Below are positions 59,817 to 64,000 of a stretch of DNA of 64,000 nt, in pieces. A program made the translations under genes and the position numbers. The stretch's first letter is position 1, and each line of letters begins with the position of its first letter. This DNA comes from an uncultured Lachnospiraceae bacterium. Lineage in GTDB: Bacteria; Bacillota; Clostridia; Lachnospirales; Lachnospiraceae. The stretch covers positions 57,091 to 121,090 of the forward strand of contig CATLCV010000001.1 of NCBI GenBank assembly GCA_949893755.1, read 5' to 3'. The notes under the pieces were generated by a model. The model searched no databases. It worked only from the letters and a program-made list of their open reading frames with translations, and was not told where the DNA came from.

Positions 59817-61223
59817 CTAATTCTCTGTTTCTTTCTTCTCCTTCGGCAATACGAAGCTCAGCAGCAGCGATACGACAAACACGCCTGCCACCGCGTTCCC
59901 ATTGAAGATGTCTCCCACAGCCTGCGGGAATGCCGCGAAAAAGTTGCCGTCCGTCTGGGTCAGTCCCACGCCGATGCAGAATGCCAGGGACACCAGGATC
60001 ATGGTCCGGTCATTAAACTCACATTCCTTCAGCATCTTCATTCCTTCGTACATGATAGACCCAAACATCATGACCGTACATCCGCCCAGCACAGACTGAG
60101 GCAGCGAATTGAAGAACGCCCCCAGCGGCGGGAACAGGGATGCCAGGATCAGGATCAGAGCCCCCATCAGGATCGTAAACCGGTTAATGACTCCTGTCAT
60201 GGTCACCAGGCCCACATTCTGGCTGAACGAAGTCAGCGGAAGGCAGCCGAAGCACCCGGAAATGGTACTGGAAAATCCGTCCACGGCCAGAGAGCCCTGC
60301 AGTTCCTCGATCTTAATGTCACGCCCTAAAGTCCCCGTACATACGGCTGTCGTCGCCCCTGTCGTCTCTGCCGCAGACACCAGGAATACAATGGCGATCG
60401 TAAAGAATGCGCCGATATCAAAGACCGGCTTGTGGCTTGTGAAAAATACCAGTCTCGGGATACTGAAAAATCCGACCTCGCCGATCGTCTTTGTAATTCC
60501 GGAAAAATCGATCATCGGCGCGATCCCCGCGATCGTGAAGATTCCGGACAGGATATATCCCAGGATCAGCCCCACCAGGATATTCAGATTTTTATACACA
60601 CCCTTCAATAAATAGCGGGATACAAGGCATACCACCAGGGTAAACGCTCCCACAAACAGATGATACCAGGATCCGAAGGTATCCGCGCCGCTGCCGCCGC
60701 CCCAGGAATTCATTCCCACCGGCAGGAGAGAAAGTCCGATCGCAATGACCACGCAGGCAGATACCACCGGCGTCAGATACCGCTTCCAGTACTTTGCACT
60801 CAGTCCCACTACGCCCTCAAAGATACCGCCCAGGATGACGGCTCCTACCATGCCTTCATAACCCAGATTCGGATTGGTGCAGATCATCAGCAGGCTTCCC
60901 AGGAAGGTAAAGCTGACACCCATAACGATCGGCAGCTTCGAGCCGATCTTCCAGACCGGGTACAGCTGCAGACAGGTTCCGATGCCGGCTACAAACATGG
61001 CGCACTGCAAAAGCCTTGTGATCTCCACCGCGGTCAGGGATTCTCCCGTTCCCCGGACAACCGCAGCGCCGCACACGATCAGCACCGGCGCCAGATTTGA
61101 CACGAACATGGCAAGCACATGCTGGAGTCCGAAGGGGATCGCCTTCGTCAGCGGTACCCTTCCGTTTAACTTATAGATATTTTCTTCACTTACAGTTGTG
61201 ATGATTTCTTCTTTATTCTCCAT
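59817..61223 (-). CDS. NCS2/NAT family xanthine/uracil permease
   Basis: GLQHVLAMF, LPIVMGVSF, TSFSQNVGLV.MTG signature. Confidence 0.94.
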   Translation of the reverse strand: MENKEEIITTVSEENIYKLNGRVPLTKAIPFGLQHVLAMFVSNLAPVLIVCGAAVVRGTGESLTAVEITRLLQCAMFVAGIGTCLQLYPVWKIGSKLPIVMGVSFTFLGSLLMICTNPNLGYEGMVGAVILGGIFEGVVGLSAKYWKRYLTPVVSACVVIAIGLSLLPVGMNSWGGGSGADTFGSWYHLFVGAFTLVVCLVSRYLLKGVYKNLNILVGLILGYILSGIFTIAGIAPMIDFSGITKTIGEVGFFSIPRLVFFTSHKPVFDIGAFFTIAIVFLVSAAETTGATTAVCTGTLGRDIKIEELQGSLAVDGFSSTISGCFGCLPLTSFSQNVGLVTMTGVINRFTILMGALILILASLFPPLGAFFNSLPQSVLGGCTVMMFGSIMYEGMKMLKECEFNDRTMILVSLAFCIGVGLTQTDGNFFAAFPQAVGDIFNGNAVAGVFVVSLLLSFVLPKEKKETEN

Positions 61224-61402
61224 AGATTTTTCCTCTCTCAAGCTCTTATGGTCTTTTACCTTTTTCCTATCCTATTTTATGTCTGCCTCATGCCGGACAA
61301 TGACGATTTTCCCGAAAAAAAGCCAAAAAGGGAGAAGCAGCCTGTCAATGACCGCTTCTCCCCGCGATTCTCAACATCCGGCTCTTTGCCTTGGATACAT
61401 TT

Positions 61403-61909
61403 TTAAACCTCGTCCGCTTCCTTCTCTTTTCCCAGTCTGCGGAGCATGGTCTTCTTCACTGCCCGGAAGATGTTTTCATATCCCGTACACCTGCACAGGT
61501 GTCCGGACATCAGCTTGCGGATCTCGTCATCCGAAAATTCCCGTTTTGCTTCCAGGATCTCCACCGCGCTCATGATAAATCCTGGGCTGCAGAATCCGCA
61601 CTGCACCGCCGCCTCATCGATAAACGCCTGCTGGATATCGGAGATCTCTCCATTGGGCCCGGCCAGGCCTTCCAGAGTCAATATCTCCTTGCCCTCGGCC
61701 CATACCGCAAGATAGATACAGGAGTTGAAGCATTCCCCGTCTATGATCACGTTGCACGCGCCGCACTCTCCGACCTCGCAGCCTTTTTTCACACTGGTAA
61801 GCCGATAATCGTCCCGAAGCATATCCGTAAGAGAGGCACGGACATCCACCATTTTTTCCACCTGCTTCCCGTTGATGGTGCAGGAAACCAGCTTATACTG
61901 TTTACTCAT
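61403..61909 (-). CDS. xdhC: Xanthine dehydrogenase [2Fe-2S] subunit
   Basis: KKGCEVGECGAC, NSC, QCGFCSPG, GHLCRCTGY. Confidence 0.9.
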   Translation of the reverse strand: MSKQYKLVSCTINGKQVEKMVDVRASLTDMLRDDYRLTSVKKGCEVGECGACNVIIDGECFNSCIYLAVWAEGKEILTLEGLAGPNGEISDIQQAFIDEAAVQCGFCSPGFIMSAVEILEAKREFSDDEIRKLMSGHLCRCTGYENIFRAVKKTMLRRLGKEKEADEV

Positions 61910-62789
61910 TGACCTCACCTCCTGCAAGACGAATAGACTCTTTCAGCGCCCGTTCGGCAAGTACCACCGCGATGTGCTGCCGGAACGCCTTGGAAGCACG
62001 CCAGCTGTCCCTGGGATTGATATCCTCCAGGACCGTCTCTGCAAATGTCTTCACCGTTTCCTCAGACACCGGCTTTCCCTCAGCCGCTTTTTCCGCCGAT
62101 GGTGCCCGCATCGGCACCGGGCCTGCAACGCCGTATGCGATCCGCGCATCCTCGATGGTCTTTTTATCTGCGGAAAGCCTGACATTGACCGAGCATCCTG
62201 TAGTCGCAATATCCATGGCATTTCTCATGGCGTATTTAATATAATGCCCGTAATAGCCCTCATAGGCTTCCTTCGGAATGATGATCGCCGTCTGTATTTC
62301 TCCCGGCCGCAGATCCACCACGCCTGCCTTTATGTAAAAATCATGGATCGGGATCCTGCGCACCCCGTCCGGTCCGGTGATCTCCACCACCGCGTCCCAC
62401 GCATGGAGCGTAGAAGCCGAATCCGCGGAGGTCACGCCGTTGCAGGTATTTCCTCCGATGGTCCCGATGTTGCGGATCTGAGGACCGCCTACCATATCCA
62501 CCGCCTCACCCAGCACATTGATATGCTTCTGGATGATCGGATCTCTGGTAATATGAGAAAAGCTGGTGAGGGAACCGATGCGGATGGCTCCGTCCGCTTC
62601 ATAGCTGACACCGCGCATCTCATCCAGACCGTAGATGCTGACCAGCTCCTTGCCCGCGCGCTTTCCTTCCCGCATCTGTACCAGAACATCGCTTCCGCCC
62701 GCAATGATCTGCGCCTCCGGATGTTCTATGAGAAGACGGATTGCATGCTCCACACTTTCCGCCTCGTAAAGTGCCTTTATATCATACAT
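61902..62789 (-). CDS. xdhB: Xanthine dehydrogenase FAD-binding subunit
   Basis: IAGGSDVL, GGPQIRN.GTIGGN.CNG..SAD, KYAMRNAMDIA. Confidence 0.9.
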   Translation of the reverse strand: MYDIKALYEAESVEHAIRLLIEHPEAQIIAGGSDVLVQMREGKRAGKELVSIYGLDEMRGVSYEADGAIRIGSLTSFSHITRDPIIQKHINVLGEAVDMVGGPQIRNIGTIGGNTCNGVTSADSASTLHAWDAVVEITGPDGVRRIPIHDFYIKAGVVDLRPGEIQTAIIIPKEAYEGYYGHYIKYAMRNAMDIATTGCSVNVRLSADKKTIEDARIAYGVAGPVPMRAPSAEKAAEGKPVSEETVKTFAETVLEDINPRDSWRASKAFRQHIAVVLAERALKESIRLAGGEVNE

Positions 62790-62795
62790 AATGTG

Positions 62796-64000
62796 TTACC
62801 TCCCTTCACTCTCGAAAATACCTTCCTCCGTAAATCTGCGGAACAGGTTATGCGGATTCACAGGTGCCTCATTGACTCCGACCCCGGTTGCCTGATACAC
62901 CGCATTCCGGATCGCAGGCGCTACGGAACAGGTCGGCGGCTCTCCAAGCGCTTTCGTCCCGAATGCACTGGTAGGCTCCGGATTCTCCACGAACAGCGCT
63001 TTCAGCCGCGGATGATCCATAAAGGTGGAAAGCTTATAATCCAGCAGGTTATTGTTCAGCGCACGCCCTGTCTTCGGATCAAACATCAGCCGTTCCGACA
63101 GCCCGAAGCCGATCCCCATGCTCATGCCGCCGTGTACCTGGGCCTCTGCCAGCGCCGGATTGATCAGCTTTCCGGCGTCATGCACATTGACGATATCCAA
63201 AAGCTTCACCCTGCACATGGGGATATCCACTTCCACTTCCGCCATGGTGCATCCGAAGGAATACGCGTTGGACTTGATCTGGGATGTGCTTTCCGCCGAC
63301 AGATGCTGGCTGTTCGTCAGGCTGTACAGTGCTTCGGTGGCCAGCTCTCCCAATGTCATCAGTTCCCTTCCGTCTGTCATGCGGACGATATTCCCGTCCA
63401 CGATATCCAGATTGTAAGGCGGCATCCGGGTCAGCTCCTGGGCGTATTTCAAAATCCGCTCCCGCAGAAGCAGCGCGGTCTGGCGGATCGCAAAGCCTGC
63501 CGTATAGGTCTGCCTGGATGCATAGGCCCCGGTCCCGAACGGCGTCACGTCCGTATCCTGGCAGGATACCACATGGACACTCTCCAGCGGCACGCCCAGC
63601 ACATCTGCTGTCATCTGCGTATATGCCGTGTCCGCCCCCTGGCCGATCTCAGTCTCTCCAAGCTGCACCTGCAGGGAGCCGTCCTGGTTCAGCACCATCC
63701 GGCAGGACGAGGTTTCCAGGGAAATGGGCCACACCGCCGTATTGTACCAGAATACGGACATGCCGATCCCCCGCCGGATATCTCCGGTCTGGTTCTGATA
63801 CTCCTTGAACTTCCGCTCATAATCAATGGCTTCCATGGCCTTGTCAAGACACTGGTTAAAGGTATCAGAATACAGTTCATTTTTGGAAAACGGATCCATA
63901 TACCCCACCGGCATCAGATTCTTCCGCCGGAATTCCAGCGGATCCATGCCCATCTTGGCCGCCACGTCCTCGGTATGGCATTCCACCGCCCACATGGCCT
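62796..64000 (-). CDS. xdhA: Xanthine dehydrogenase molybdopterin-binding subunit (5' part outside window)
   Basis: EIGQGADT, GAYASRQ, QVHGG..MG.G, KALGEPP. Confidence 0.88.
   Translation of the reverse strand, partial: AMWAVECHTEDVAAKMGMDPLEFRRKNLMPVGYMDPFSKNELYSDTFNQCLDKAMEAIDYERKFKEYQNQTGDIRRGIGMSVFWYNTAVWPISLETSSCRMVLNQDGSLQVQLGETEIGQGADTAYTQMTADVLGVPLESVHVVSCQDTDVTPFGTGAYASRQTYTAGFAIRQTALLLRERILKYAQELTRMPPYNLDIVDGNIVRMTDGRELMTLGELATEALYSLTNSQHLSAESTSQIKSNAYSFGCTMAEVEVDIPMCRVKLLDIVNVHDAGKLINPALAEAQVHGGMSMGIGFGLSERLMFDPKTGRALNNNLLDYKLSTFMDHPRLKALFVENPEPTSAFGTKALGEPPTCSVAPAIRNAVYQATGVGVNEAPVNPHNLFRRFTEEGIFESEGR

Overview
Chromosomal window from an anaerobic Firmicute, most consistent with a gut Lachnospiraceae (inferred from the rplM-rpsI proteins and gene content). 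Left to right: a GNAT; a DUF3990 + XRE-HTH pair; rplM-rpsI; LysR divergent from a PQ-loop/degenerate SGNH fusion; and a ~12.7 kb minus-strand operon (LDH-fold malate dehydrogenase, hdrBCA, flxDCBA, soluble fumarate reductase AB, two-subunit fumarase, AAEx transporter). That operon reads as a complete electron-bifurcating oxaloacetate-to-succinate pathway under a putative Rex box, and is the most interesting system here. It is followed by a WYL-like/SF1 helicase/nuclease fusion gene and a long run of carbohydrate loci: melibiose/GH36, a mannitol-type PTS with an atypical dehydrogenase, a GH32-ABC locus whose binding-protein gene carries an in-frame amber stop, and hexuronate genes (uxaAB; uxaC-TRAP) split by an AT-richer PTS/GH1 block. 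The window ends in xdhABC-permease-udp-cdd. No CRISPR array, tRNA, rRNA, integrase or transposase was seen. Several operators, tandem repeats and intergenic hairpins are directly visible. All family assignments come from motif recognition by eye, not database searches.
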